A stretch of 64,000 nt of DNA from Octopus sinensis (taxonomy: Eukaryota): NCBI RefSeq assembly GCF_006345805.1, contig NC_043009.1, forward strand, positions 18,476,001-18,540,000. Reading direction: 5' to 3'. The stretch's first letter is position 1. Each line of letters opens with the position of its first letter. Both the position numbers and the translations under genes were made by a program. This document shows positions 26,749 to 39,875 of this stretch, in pieces. The notes beneath the pieces were generated by a model. It saw only the letters and a list, made by a program, of their open reading frames with translations. It was not told the origin of the DNA and made no database searches.

Positions 26749-26892
26749 TACAACATCGAAAAATACCTTAGGAATGAGAACTCAGGTTCGAAATTTCCCC
26801 AAGATACCTGATGAAGGCTGGAGGGTATTTCAGCCGAAACGTTGTGTTAACAACAAACAAAATGAGGAAAAATATCCGTCAAATGTAAATAA
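26612..26892 (+). mobile_element. tRNA-headed SINE-like element ending in a hammerhead ribozyme
   Basis: A box TGGCGTAGTGG, B-box-like GAGTTTGATTCC, (AAC)n(AAT)n linker, then the hammerhead at 26803-26848. Confidence 0.75.
26803..26848 (+). ncRNA. Minimal type I hammerhead ribozyme motif
   Basis: gatac-CTGATGA-a-ggctg..cagcc-GAAAC-GTT-gtgtt: stem II ggctg/cagcc, palindromic AACGTT stem III, stem I with G-U pairs. Confidence 0.75.
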
Positions 26893-27009
26893 ATATATAT
26901 AAAGCACGGTTTATATAGTTACCTTGCAGTTGAGTATTAACTGTAATATTCAATATTCTTTGTGTAGGATTTTGCTATCCCTGAATGAGGTTTGTAACAT
27001 TTATTTGTG

Positions 27010-27066
<57 letters not shown>

Positions 27067-27239
27067 TATATACCAACACCGACAGTCTTTCGCTCTCACT
27101 TTTTCCAATCACTCACATATACACACACTCATCATAACCACCTTTTTCCCCTCCTCTATCTTTGACACATCATTTTTCTCTGAGACTAACCCTGCATTTA
27201 TATGTTCCACAAATGAAATACTGTCTTGATGTACATACT

Positions 27240-27277
<38 letters not shown>

Positions 27278-29537
27278 CATAGATATGCACATAACACCAC
27301 CCTACTAATTATCGCAGTCTTTATCTGTCACCCTTTCTCTTGCTCCTATATACTCACTTCCCACTTTTGAGTGAAGACTTAAAACACCAGCTGTTACAAA
27401 AACTGCAAAGCGTACGCTCACAAACACATGCATGCAATAATACACAGGCTCCATCTTGCTCTGCCTGTCTCCTTCTCTCCTCCCCTCTCCCCCTCATACC
27501 CCCCCCCCACAAAAAAGTTAGTGTTACTCATACTCGAGTCACACTAACTTTTTTTTTAGATATTCTTTTCTCACTTCCTGCCATCACTATCCATCTCTGA
27601 TTGAAGTCACAAAAGCATCAATGCCTGTGTTTATTATGTGCACATGTGCAGAATACAGGATAAAACATGCAATGCAACTTCTACAAAACTATTCTTTTCA
27701 TTCCCTGAGGTCGCATTGTGAGCTTTATCTGTTTTTCTCCACTTCATAGTATTATTTCCTCAACTTTCTTTTTCTCGTCACTTTTCTCCCTCCATCAAGT
27801 CCCCTGCGCACCGGAGGTGATGCAGAGGCAGCACGAGAATGGTTTCCTATACATTCTCCTCTTTTCTCTGTATCATTTCTAATACAAGCTTCTTTTTGGT
27901 GATGGTATTGGTGGTGAATCTGGTTGTATTGGTATTGGTGGCAGCAATAATGGTGGTAGCAAATATAGCATTGCTGGCGATGGTAATGACAATGATGGTA
28001 TTAGTGGTATTAGTGGTACTGTTCGCAGAATAAATGGTCATGACAGTGCGTGAGGAGTGTTAATTGAGACGGTAGTAGTGGTAGTTGTGCTGATAGTGGT
28101 GCGTTTATTTTTGTTCTTGCTTCTCGCAATGGAGATGGATGATGGTGTTCATGATATTGTTGGTGTTGCTGAAAGGGATAGTGATATTGTCCCGTTATTA
28201 GTAAAATGGTGGTGACAGTGCTCTCATTGGTATTAAGTATAGAGGTATTGAGAGTGATCTGGGCGGTGTTAGGAAGTGCGCAGTTAATGAGGTCAGCTAC
28301 AGCTTTGTATGACAGCCATTGGATAACATACAGAACAATTCAATATAGTTATATAAGTACATAGTGCGCGCGCGCAAACACACACATGATCGAGTAAAAA
28401 GTACATGAGCTTGAATTTGTTACACCTTTATTTCATCTGTTGCACTATTTCAGCATCCAGTAATACATGATGTCATGCTATAGATGTAACAGATGAAATA
28501 AAGGAGTACCGAGTTCAAGCCCTTGTTCTCTTTTCTCACATTATTGATGTGCTCTTATATAACGTTATAGCAAACATCAGACTGCAAATGACCGCGTGTG
28601 AACACGCTGCGGTGGAATTTAACGCGATTAGCAATAAGATCCGAAACCTGTATGAAATAATTGTCGCGCGTGGAGCACGCACGCCCAGTCATTAGTGTGT
28701 ATGTGTGTGTGTGGGGGGGGGGGTAACATTTACTAATTCTCTCTAAACTATCTTGTCCATCTTTCATCATGTTCGTTATACTTCTTTCACTATTTGTTTG
28801 CACGACCAAATATTTTTCCTTCTTTGCGCCGAGGCCTCCTTGTTCTTCTGCTAGAAATAGTAAATTTCCCTTTAATCAAACCTTATCATCTGGATAATGA
28901 CCAGTTTTCTCTGCACGTAGAAAAAGGCGCATAAGGTCACAGTTTCAAATGGCTTGAGGTTAAGCAACAAGAGCCACTCCGTTCATCTTCTGTATTTCTC
29001 TCGCTTTTCAGTGACTACAAGTTCTACAGAGTGAGGTCCATCGAAACATACTCTGTCTCTGTTAAAACACATCGGCAAATTTTATCTGGATGACTAAACC
29101 TTTTTCTGGTATACAGAATTGGCGGAGTGTAGATCGAAGAGAAGTCCGTCAGCACATGTTGCAATGCTGCTGTAGCATAGAATAGTGGCTGATCCTCTCT
29201 ATAAATTGCAAGTAAGGAAAGTATTTGAATGCTGTTGACTCGTACGGTGCAGGGTTGTCAATATGTGCCCAAGCATCCGGCCATTCAGCTCGTTGGTAAA
29301 GATACTTCAACATACTACAACCAGAGGCTCATGACGCTGACTCTCTGCAATTATTTCCACTGCTACATCTTTGAACTAGCAAACTGCATACCTCACCCTT
29401 GAACCTGATTGTAAAAGTTGCCGTTTCTCCTCTCGTCTTCTATATTGTCTCCCCCTCCTAATATCTAAGACGAAACACCTTTTTCTAATAACGTCAAGCC
29501 AAATCTGCAACCTTCTGTAATATCTTCTTCGATTACA

Positions 29538-29935
29538 GGGTGGCGAGCAGCCAGAATTGTTAGCACGACGGGTGAAATGCTTAGCGGTATTTCGTCTGCC
29601 GTTACGTTTTGAGTTCAAATTCCGCCGAGGTCGACTTTGCCTTTCATCCATTCGGGGTCGATTATATAAGTACCAGTTACGCACTGGTGTCGATATAATC
29701 TACTTAATCCGTTTGTCTGTCCTTGTTTGTCCTCTCTGTGTTTAGCTCCTTGTGGGTAGTAAAGATATAGGTATTTCGTCTGCCGTTACGTTCTGAGTTC
29801 AAATTCAGCCGAGGTCGACTTTGTTTTTCATCTTTCGGGGTCGATAAACTAAGTACCAGTTGCGTACTGGGGTCAATTTAATCGACTGGCCCACTCCCCC
29901 AAAATTTCGGGCCTTGTGCTTAGAGTAGATTAGAA
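29538..29935 (+). mobile_element. SINE family B with two tandem internal units
   Basis: Two copies of 'gtatttcgtctgccgttacgtt..gagttcaaattc.gccgaggtcgacttt'. Confidence 0.85.
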
Positions 29936-30029
29936 TATCTTAGAATTCTTACAGATACTGATTTAGAGAAATTCAAACAAAATTTGGTTGAGAGTAATAA
30001 ATCACATCATTCTCACCTAAAAAGGGTCA

Positions 30030-30430
30030 TGTGTAATTCCGACGTTCATTCCAACTAACTAAACGCATGAAAATGAAAAAAAAAAAATGCATCGGAAGCA
30101 CGATGCATACCCTGCGCGCACACAAGGATAGAATTTAATTTAATTTAATATATTCTCAAGACGAATTCATATTTCAAAATGACGTCAAGAGTTATTTCTC
30201 TTGTTGATCGGTTATGCATATGTAAACAAAGAAAAAAAATTTGATTCACCCGTCCGCCAGTGTTGAAGATAATCAAACCAAAAGAATGAGTTCGAGCCAC
30301 TCACCCAATGAGTATTTCGGCCAAATTTAGTGAAAATCTGTTCAGCCGTTCATCAGTAATTTTGCAAATACACAGACAAACACGAGCGACTACAATATCC
30401 TGTTTTCGCTTATGCTTGCAAGATAATAAA
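30030..30430 (+). mobile_element. Possible Helentron/DINE-1-like non-autonomous remnant
   Basis: 'aaatttagtgaaaatctgttcagccgtt...acagacaaac...tacaatatcc' layout followed by a short terminal hairpin. Confidence 0.35.
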
Positions 30431-30754
30431 AATAATATTTCAAGCGATGACTAAAGATAGTGGAAGTAGTTTACATGTACAATTACAATATTTCCAGATT
30501 ATGCACCCTATACACTGTACCATAGTTCCTACTCTGTACAACACACAAAACACAATATACTATATCTCGATGTTATTCTATCTCAATATTGCATCCCAGT
30601 CTCTATTGTATAAAGTTTTACACAATAGGATCAACGACATCACGCATCATTAGTAGCAGTAGTAGCTGTAATTTGTAATCAATGAACAATACATCAGTAA
30701 TGGTTTACGAGTTTCATGTTAAGGAAGATATACAAAACTGATTTATTTGTATTG

Positions 30755-31091
30755 TGTTATAAAGCGGTCTTTTGCAGCTTTTGTAATCTGTCTTTGTACG
30801 ACTGGTTTTCGCACTGACAGATATTATTATATTCCGAAGTCGTTGATCAGACGTTTCTATCTAGTACTGTACGACCCCCAGTCGTACGGTGTTATTATCC
30901 TCAAAAGGTCGGATCGTTATAACGCCCACTCAATATCACAGTATAATTACTATATCAGCACAGACACGACTATCAACACAGTCTACACCTACTCTCGTAC
31001 TCTCTCGATACAGGCCGATGTCACCTTACCTATAGTGGAATGATCCACTCGTCACATGGGAGGGGTGTACCAGTGTTACTAATTCCCTACA
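30755..31091 (-). repeat. 3' LTR of the Gypsy element
   Basis: Direct repeat of 33559-33914; adjacent PPT. Confidence 0.85.
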
Positions 31092-33558
31092 ATATCTCCC
31101 CTTTTAAGTTTTTCTTAGGAAGTGTCATTTTATTTATACATTCCACCTCTCTTTCTTTTCGAACCAATTAATTTTTTTTTTTTGCATCTATTTTCAGGAA
31201 CTTCGTATGTTTTATTTCCCTTTCACTTGTACGCTTGGCTCAACCACTGGAGTGGTGTTGGTACTTGGAACGCATCGTATAACCATTCCATCGGATCCTC
31301 CAACTTCTTTGGTTCGCTTTCCACGAATCTCTTTTTTCTGTCTCTCTTTTGTTTGCCTTTTCTACTTTTTACCCAATACATCATTTTACCTATGTATTTG
31401 GTAATTTCGCCCTCTTCCCAGTTCTGCTTTCCATCTTTGTACGTCCTCAAGTACACCCTATTACCACCCTTAAATCTGGCACTTTTTCTTTTCTTGCCGG
31501 GTAACAATTTATCAAACACTGCCTTTACTTTACTTGCAAACATCAGCTCTGCTGGTGAGCTACCTGCTGGTGTATTTGGATTTGGTGTTGCACAGTACAC
31601 TCTTAAAAACTGCTGTACCTCATCCATGACTACCTTATTTGCTTTTCTTAAAAATCTTTCGAAGGTATCAACAAAGCGTTCTGCCTGTCCATTAGATCTG
31701 GGATGGTATGGCGCCGAAGTTATAAGTTCTACCGCGAACGTTTCACAAAATTTTTTAAATTCGCTAGACACAAATTGCGTTCCGTTGCCATCAAACGTTC
31801 CCATATTTGTCCTAAGTATTTGAATTTTTTTTTTCAGCAAGAATTTACACTTTTCGTCTGTGTTAATTTTTTAACAAATGTGAACATGTGCCACTAAAAA
31901 ATCGTCCACCCTTGTTGAACCAGTACAAACTCTGCGTTTGTCATTCTTCTTTTTCACGTAAACTGTCTGTGTTGCCCAGTCTGCGTGGTCATTCTTTTCA
32001 ATTACACCAAGACTTTCCAGTCTTTCCAGTTCTTTGTTAACCTGGTCTATTACTGCAAACGGTACATTTCTTTTTGACCTACATACGAATGTTTCATGTT
32101 TTACTGCAATTTTTTGTTTCAGTCCTTCGGCCTAGTTTGAAGCTTTGACAGAGGTGACTATATTTCCCCACAGAACCCTTATGGGTGTACACCACAATTT
32201 AAATAGTTCCATCCATTCTGTGCCGAGTAAGTTAAGTAAATCTTTCAACACATAAATCTTTGTCTTTTTCGTTTGACCTCGAAAAGTTACAGTGCATTCA
32301 AATTCACCGAAAAAAAATTGTTTCCCCCTGTAACACCATGTGCTAAATTTTTAGATTTAGTTAAATTCGGCTTACCGACATATTTCCACGTTTTTTGGTT
32401 TATAATAGTAATGTCACTACTCGTGTCCAAATGCATTTTAACAGTTGTATTTCTAATTTTCGCCTTCACGAATTTTCTCATCGTTATAATTCCAATTTGT
32501 TCCGATGGCATACCATTTTTCTGACGTTTTATCATCGTTCTTCTGTGCCTCTTTATATGCCCCACATTTCCACAACGAAAATACTCCGCTTTTTTAAATG
32601 GACAATTTTTCCTCAGGTACATACTACCACATGTAAAACATGGGTTTATATCTTGATGTTTGTCGTGTTTTTTAGAAAATCTTTTATCTCTATTCAGACT
32701 ATTCTGCACCGGTTTTACTTGGAACCACTCTTTACGTTCAATTTCTTCTGTGTTGTGTCTATTTACTATCCTTTCATATTCTCCAGACACTTTTTGCAGG
32801 GTTACATCCTGGCTTTGCTCCAACTTTGCAAGAATTCTAATTCTGTCTTCGGTGTCCTTTTTGACAGTTAGTCCCTGTATATCCATCTCTGGAGTTAATT
32901 TATCCAGCTTAATCTTCTCGCATTCCCTGTTAACTCTACCAGTATATGTGATAAAGTCTTCGGAATTGTTTTTCTCTATGTTTAGACACTTCCACCGTGT
33001 GTTGAACAAGGAGCTTTTTTCACTGAGTCTTGCATAATATATCTATTGTGTCATTAAACTTTACTTTCAGACGGTTTTCTTCGGAATACATAATTACTGC
33101 ATCGTTCGTATTCTGTTGGCGCCAGTTTTCTCAAGATCAAGCGAGTTTCCATCTCGTTGTCTTAATCTTTACATTCTTTTTCGAAGATTCGTTCATATCT
33201 TCTGTAGTATGCTTCGAAGGTAACTCAGGTTTGTATTTGAATTCAGTTATTGAATTCGCAACATAATTTGACGAGAACACTTTTTCTGGGTTACCTGGTA
33301 ACTTCAGTAATTGCAGCATTTGTTGTTGCAATATTAATTGTTGCTGTTGTTGCTTCTGTTGTTGTTCTTGCAGTTGTATCCGCTATTGTTGTTGTTCTTT
33401 CAACTGTTGTTGCTGTTTTGAAACTCAAGCAAACCTGCCATCAAATGTTCCATACTTTTACGTTTTTTCGTAAACTTCGTACACCAACTTTGTGAGTTTA
33501 TTAACACTTCTTCGAGTTTCTATTAACTCCACGTGAATTGGTTTATCTTCGTCGCCAC

Positions 33559-33914
33559 TATTATAAAGCGGTCTTTTGCCACTGTTGTATCTGTCTCTGT
33601 ACGACGGGTTGTCGCACTGACAGATATTGTTATATTCCGAAGTCGTCGATAGGACTGTCTGGCGCTGTGCGACCCCCAGTTGTACTGCGTTATTATCCTC
33701 AAAAGGTGGGATCGTTATTACGTCCACTCAGTATTACAGTATAATTACTATATCAGCACAGACACGACTATCAACACAGTCTACACGTACTCTCGTACTC
33801 CACGTACTCTCGTACTCCACGTACTCTCTCAATACTGGCCTATGTCACCTTACTTATAGTGGAATGATCCACTCGTCATGTGGGAGGGATGCTCCATTAT
33901 TACTAATTCCCAGA
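33559..33914 (-). repeat. 5' LTR of the Gypsy element
   Basis: Direct repeat of 30755-31091; adjacent PBS. Confidence 0.85.
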
Positions 33915-35239
33915 AAAGATTGACATGAGATGACATTTAGAAGCACAACTAGAAGCTAGGGTAAAGAAGAGAAAACAAATTGGGAAAGTTACTGGAACTA
34001 CCTACTTATGGAATATTTCAATATACTTTTCAAATTTTGCTGTATTTCTGGGCAAAACACTTTCATAATGCTACAGTTAACCCAACTTTCCGAAATATAA
34101 GCTGGGTCATATTAGCATGATCAGTCTCAAGCTATATCTATCTTGTCATCGAATGGTAAATGATTTCATCTAAGAACTCCGTCCGATGGCTAATGTGAAA
34201 CAGTTCATCTCACTCCTACGCTGAAAATAATGCAAACAGGATTTCCACAACCAGATGAAGATATTTTTTCAGTTTCCAATATACGTGGTAAGTACTTACT
34301 AGTGACTGCAAAGACTAATAACGAACTGATATTCAGGCGTTTTTCAAAATACATTAATGACATACGTGGGTTAAAATGGTTTCAAACAAGAATAAAAACT
34401 GTCGCAATCTCAGTCTGCGAGAAATTTACCCCTTATTGTGTGGTGTTTCTATTTATTAATATCTTACTGGGATGGGTTACAATTCTCAATAGGATGTGAA
34501 AGTTTTAGCCGTCTAATCCTCATGAATTCTTTAGTAATCACCAGAGCCATTAATAACTGTTATTCAAGTGAATTAGTGCTACATTACCGGTTCATCACAA
34601 GTCATACAGAATTTATACTGATTATGTATGCCAGATTTACAAGAAGATTCTCCCCACCACCACCACGCTCCAGCAAGTTACAAAAGATCTTTAATATAAA
34701 GTTCCTTCTGCTATATGCTGTACTTACAACTTGCAACAACTCATGTATACGATGCAGTACCAATTTTCAACACATTGGACTGAACTTCTGAAAGCTTATT
34801 GATATAATAAATAGTAAATAAATAATTATATCAAAATGTTTTTAAGCCAGTTCTCTCACCTCAATTACTGGCGTTAAGATGTTGAAAGATAAATTTTTAC
34901 CACTGCATAAGGCACCAGCCTATCTCAGATTACTTTCTTAAAAGACCTGGAACCTATTCTTAACAATTATGTGAACTGAGATTTATAGAACTGAACTTAA
35001 TTACTCGACCATTTCGTCTCTACTGAAACAAGTCATTCGGTTGTTTTTCATACTCAGGGGTATTCATTAAACTGTAGTCAGTCATATTGTTTTTAGTGGG
35101 TAAGATCATGGCGTCCTCAGTTTCATTTAGGAAAATAAGTGTAATGACTATGACTGGAACTCGAACCCGCGTTTCAGAATATTGACAGAGAGGTTAACAC
35201 TCTCGTTACGTGGTTTCGTGTATAAATATGATAGAAATG

Positions 35240-35610
35240 TGGAGGCGCAATGGCCCAGTGGTTAGGGCAGCGGACTCGCGGTTTCGATTCCCAGACCGGG
35301 TGTTGTGAGTGTTTATTGAGCGAAAACACCTAAAAGCTCCACGACGCTCCGCCAGGGGATGGTGGTGATCCCTGCTGTACTCTTTCACCACAACTTTCTC
35401 TCACTCTTACTTCCTGTTTCTCTTGTACCTGTATTTCAAGGGGCCGGCCTTGTCACTCTCTGTGTCACGCTGAATATCCCCGAGAACTACGTTAAGGGTG
35501 CACGTGTCTGTGGAGTGCTCAGCCACTTACACGTTAATTTCACGAGCAGGCTGTTCCATTGATTCGGATCAACCGGAACCCTCATCGTCGTAACCGACGG
35601 AGTGCTTCCA
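35240..35610 (+). mobile_element. SINE family C (tRNA-derived)
   Basis: Head 'ggcgcaatggcccagtggttagggcagcggactcgcggtttcgattccc' with A and B boxes, followed by a unique body. Confidence 0.8.
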
Positions 35611-35834
35611 TGATAGAAATATGATCGTGATTGCTACTTTCTCTCTTCTATATTTTCTGTAGAACCTCTCCACAGTGTCTATTTGCAGCAAGCAAAGTAT
35701 TAGGTCCTCATACTGCCTATTTACAGTGAAGTGATCTAACCATTGGCAAATAAAACTCTCCATTAGACTTTACAAGGTAAGGATACATAAAAATTGATAG
35801 GCTATGGCTATTAACTCTAAAATGGGTGCTGCAG

Positions 35835-35846
35835 CTACTACTACTG

Positions 35847-35904
<58 letters not shown>

Positions 35905-35932
35905 CACCACCACCTACTACTACTACCACCAC
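35835..35932. repeat. (CTA)n/(CCA)n microsatellite
   Basis: Direct reading. Confidence 0.95.
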
Positions 35933-36097
35933 AATAACCCATCTGTAAACTTATCGCCAGTTTCCAGTTCTGCATATAGATAACTGCAGATTCCTTAGCA
36001 ATATCCTCCTCTACCACTACCCCAGTTTTCCTCTCCAATTCCCCTCATCTTCCCTCCACTGTACATCTCCTTTTACCTTCCCCTCCTCTCCTCCTTC

Positions 36098-36131
<34 letters not shown>

Positions 36132-36689
36132 TAGTAGCAGTAGCAGCATAATCAATTCCGGACGTAGTTGTTAAGATGCAGCAGTGTCTTCAGAAAAGTA
36201 TACAGAGGAGTGGTTTCCTGTTGCTTTCTCCTACAGACGTGACACTAGAGAATTTTAAAGGAGTTTGGTGAAAGGAAATGTGCTATTAATGCCTTTCCCA
36301 AGGTTATTAGTAACATACGTGAAAGGAAACATTTTTCATTGGGAATAGAAACCAGGTTTTATCCTTCACGAATATGATCCCACAGATTTTATGCTGCCAT
36401 ATCGGTGCACATATTACTGTACTATTGAAGTAAGATATTATCGTTATCAAACGCAACAGGAAGCTTAGAGTTAAATAAACCTAAGACAACACTCACTCTC
36501 TCTTAAGCTTTTGGTCAGTGAAAAATCCCTCAAAATTGTAAATAATTTCATGTCGCTCGTGAACTCAAGTCCTGTTTTTAGATTTCTCAATAACTGTTGA
36601 ATGAAAATGGATATTACACCACAATATTAAGATCTAGAGAGCAAGCTACCTTAAAGAGGTTTTGCTCAATGTTTGGTATGAAATCCAAC

Positions 36690-39480
36690 GAACTTCAAAA
36701 CATTAATTTCCATTTTATTAAGTACAAGGCTTAAGTACAATGGTGCAGCATTTTTATAATAGACCGACTAGTGGGTCGTATGTTCCAAACCATTCTGCTT
36801 TAGTCTCTAGACGAGGTTCGAAAGAGATGTGGAGTGTCCTTTATTTATATTAGAAAATGAAGAGAGGTGGTTTCTCAGACGATTTTTCATGGTATCTCCG
36901 GTGCCTCCAATGTACACGTATTTTTGCGTATCTCTCTTCACCTCACATTTGTACAATACATGCAGTTGTTGTTAAATCTGCATTCTTCTTTACACATATT
37001 TTTTTCTTTCCGAGTATTTACTATTAGTGGTCCTCTTTTTTCTTCCTCTTATAACCGTGCACTCATTTTTCTAATGCATGAATTGTACCTTTAATTGTGT
37101 GATGTTGTTTGGGTCCGTTTTTGCTTTTGATGAGTTTTTATTACTTCTACTTTCCACCATTATATCGTCGTATACAGTGTTATTAGCTGCGGTTAGTTCA
37201 TATTTCTCCTCTAGTTTTATTCAATTTAGTTTTGTGTTATTAAGTTTGTGTATATAGTATTCTATATTGTGGGAGGTCGCGTATGCTAATCTTACATTAT
37301 GCCTGTGATATTTGGAAGATCTTGGGAAGTGTCTGTCTAATGCTGCGAAAAATTCCTGGCCTATTTTTGGATTTCACTTGTGAGTTGAAGATCAGGTTAA
37401 ACCAGACAATTTCATCGGTTATTTTTCCATTTCTTTTAATATATATTTCTAACTTTCGCTGTGGTTTCGTGGGTTCTGTTTTATATCTATTGCTATTAGT
37501 GTTGTGGGTTTTTTTCTTTCCTTTTGGTCCCTTTTATATTTGCTATTTTTCTAGGTTCTGGTATTCTGCGGCTACTTATATGGTTACCACCACTATTGAT
37601 AATGCCATCTGGGTATTGTGCCTTCTCTGTCTCCTTCTGTATATATACTATTTTATCTTCATATCCCGCTCTAGCCACTGCTGAGTTGTAATATTCGGCA
37701 TGCATATCGTATATCTGTTCATCTGTGGATAATCTAGATATTCTATTACTCACACTTTATGGGATGCAAGCAACGCAGTATAAGTTCCGAATGATTAGAT
37801 CCTCGGCTCCCATATTTTAAGTTCTCATTTGGCTTATGGAATGGTTCGAATTTCCCATCAATGAGGCTAAGCTTTACATCTAGGAATTTTACCACCTTGT
37901 GATTTTTTCAATTCCAATTTCCAATCCAAAGTTCTTAAAGAATTTGAAGAGTTTTTCCTTGCATCTTTCTATTTCTACGTTGCTACTTTTATGTTTAGTG
38001 AACAGTGCGTCATCTCTATATAATCCTCCCCTATGTTCGGTAGCCAAGATTCTACTTGCGATAATAGGAATACGCCTACAAAATCCGTGACATGCACGGA
38101 GTCGCTAGATCCCATTGATATGTCGAATGAGCCAATCCTGTCCGATCGAGTCCATATCTTACCCTTGTATTCTATTATAGTGCTCCTAGCAGCTAAAATA
38201 TCTATTTCTTCCCTAGTTAGGTCGGAGTTGGTCTTAGTGAATATTAGTGCCTTGTTTAGTAGAACTGAGTTTATGGACTGGTAGTAGTTCAATATGTCTA
38301 GCCGAACAAACTTGGTCTTGTTTTTGTTCCCCAGGCTTTTAAACCATGAGATAACTTCATTTGTGTTAGACCATAATTTGAGGTTGGGTACACATTTTAA
38401 TTTAGGTATTATCCTATCTATTATTGCTTCGCTAATTTTACCTATATCTGATTTAGATGGGCACATAAGTCTTACTGTTGGGTTCTCTTGGAAGTTTTCT
38501 TTATAGTCTTTTAGGCTTATTCTAGGTGTCATTGGTGTGTAAGGTCCAGTCCTATCTTGTATACCTAATTTCTTAACTATTTCGAGTCCCTTCTTATTTA
38601 TATTATCTAGTGTGTTGCGCAGTATGTGTTTGTATTTGCTATGTAATTTCTTAGTTATAAGTTTAGTGTATGTGTTAATATTAACATTATAGAGGTTACC
38701 GGTTTTATCCGTAGGTACTAATATTCTAGTTGCATTTCTGATGGACTTAAGCAGTTCATTTAGTTTCCTTTGGTGTTTGCTGCGTTTCTTTGGGTTCTTT
38801 TTAAATTTGATGTTTTTGATTATGTTAAAAAGTTCAAACTCGAATAGTGCTAAAATCCCTGTTTGGTGGTGGATTGTTGAGTGATTTGGATTTTTTGTTC
38901 AGATCTTCGTGAAATTCTGTTCTCATATTTGGCCTCATTTTTTCTGTAAAAAATGTACATTCCATCTCAACCTGTTAATGAATGCACTAATGGGATTCTG
39001 TCATTTTACCCCGGTACTCTCTTCTGCTTGGTATAGGGATATCCTTCAGGGAAACATCCAATTTTATTTTTTCCATCCTGGATTGTTTGCTTAAAGCAGA
39101 TACACAAAGAAATATCCACATATCTCACATGACCTTCAGACTGGTAAAAAGAGACAAACATCCCTCTGTGGTTCATCCACTAATGTTATATCGCCTGAAG
39201 AAATGAATCAATGATGATCATCAACCGGATGCTCAAGGATACTATGGACTACACTGTAATCGTCCCAGGAATACGGACTGTGATCTTTAAAGTTATGTGA
39301 CTTGTAGAAATTCGCGTAGCGATGCATTAAATGTTTATAAATTCAATCCTAGAATTATTGTTATTATAATTATGTTTATACTACATTAGATCGGTATAAC
39401 TTGATGCAAAGCCGAAAAGCTGGCTCACTAGTCAGCATCATTAAACGGTGGCCGGCATAATGGATAGGAGCTTTATTTGC
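36690..39480 (-). mobile_element. Decayed Penelope-like element (RT + GIY-YIG), a different family from 48-51 kb
   Basis: PTDKTGNLY, PTVRLMCPSKSDIGKIS, LDILNYYQSI, MGSSDS, GLYRDDALF; C-terminal 'GGTGDTMKNRLRNH...HSTSLS'; multiple stops and frameshifts; ends approximate. Confidence 0.85.
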
Positions 39481-39505
39481 ATATTCAAAACGTTACCATA
39501 AACAA

Positions 39506-39550
<45 letters not shown>

Positions 39551-39564
39551 TATATATATATAAT

Positions 39565-39875
39565 GTCCCGATAGTGAAATTCTTCAGGTATAGAAAATCC
39601 TGGTTTCACGACGGTAAGACCGTTGTGTGATATAGTCCAAATAATAAGACAAAGAAATGCTTTAACACGTCTTTAATGATCACTTACAATTGTTTCTGCC
39701 AGTTAACGCAAAGGTTCGAAGTGAAAACTTACGTAATATTTGAAGTTTTAGACATTAGAGGGGCACTTCATCAGATTTGCATCAAAGGTGTGCTCTCACA
39801 TTGAGCATCTTCCAGAATGTTTGCTTATGATAATTAAAGATGTGTTAAAGCATTTCTTTGTCTTATTATTTATAT
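39565..39875 (-). mobile_element. Short fold-back with a hammerhead-like motif next to (TA)n
   Basis: Arms 39640-39678 / 39833-39871. Minus strand CTGATGA-agtgcc...ggca-GAAAC-AATT-GTA (39681-39779); stem I weak. Confidence 0.7.

Larger units (their letters stand above)
30755..33914 (-). mobile_element. Internally deleted Ty3/Gypsy LTR retrotransposon
   Basis: Two diverged LTRs (30755-31091, TG...CA; ~33559-33914), PBS TGGCGACGAAG at ~33547-33558, PPT AAAAGGGGAGA at ~31095-31105, gag zinc knuckles (CFTCG, FRCGNVGH), protease LDTSSD, integrase 'SAPYHPRSNGQAERFV'; most of RT/RNase H is missing. Confidence 0.9.
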
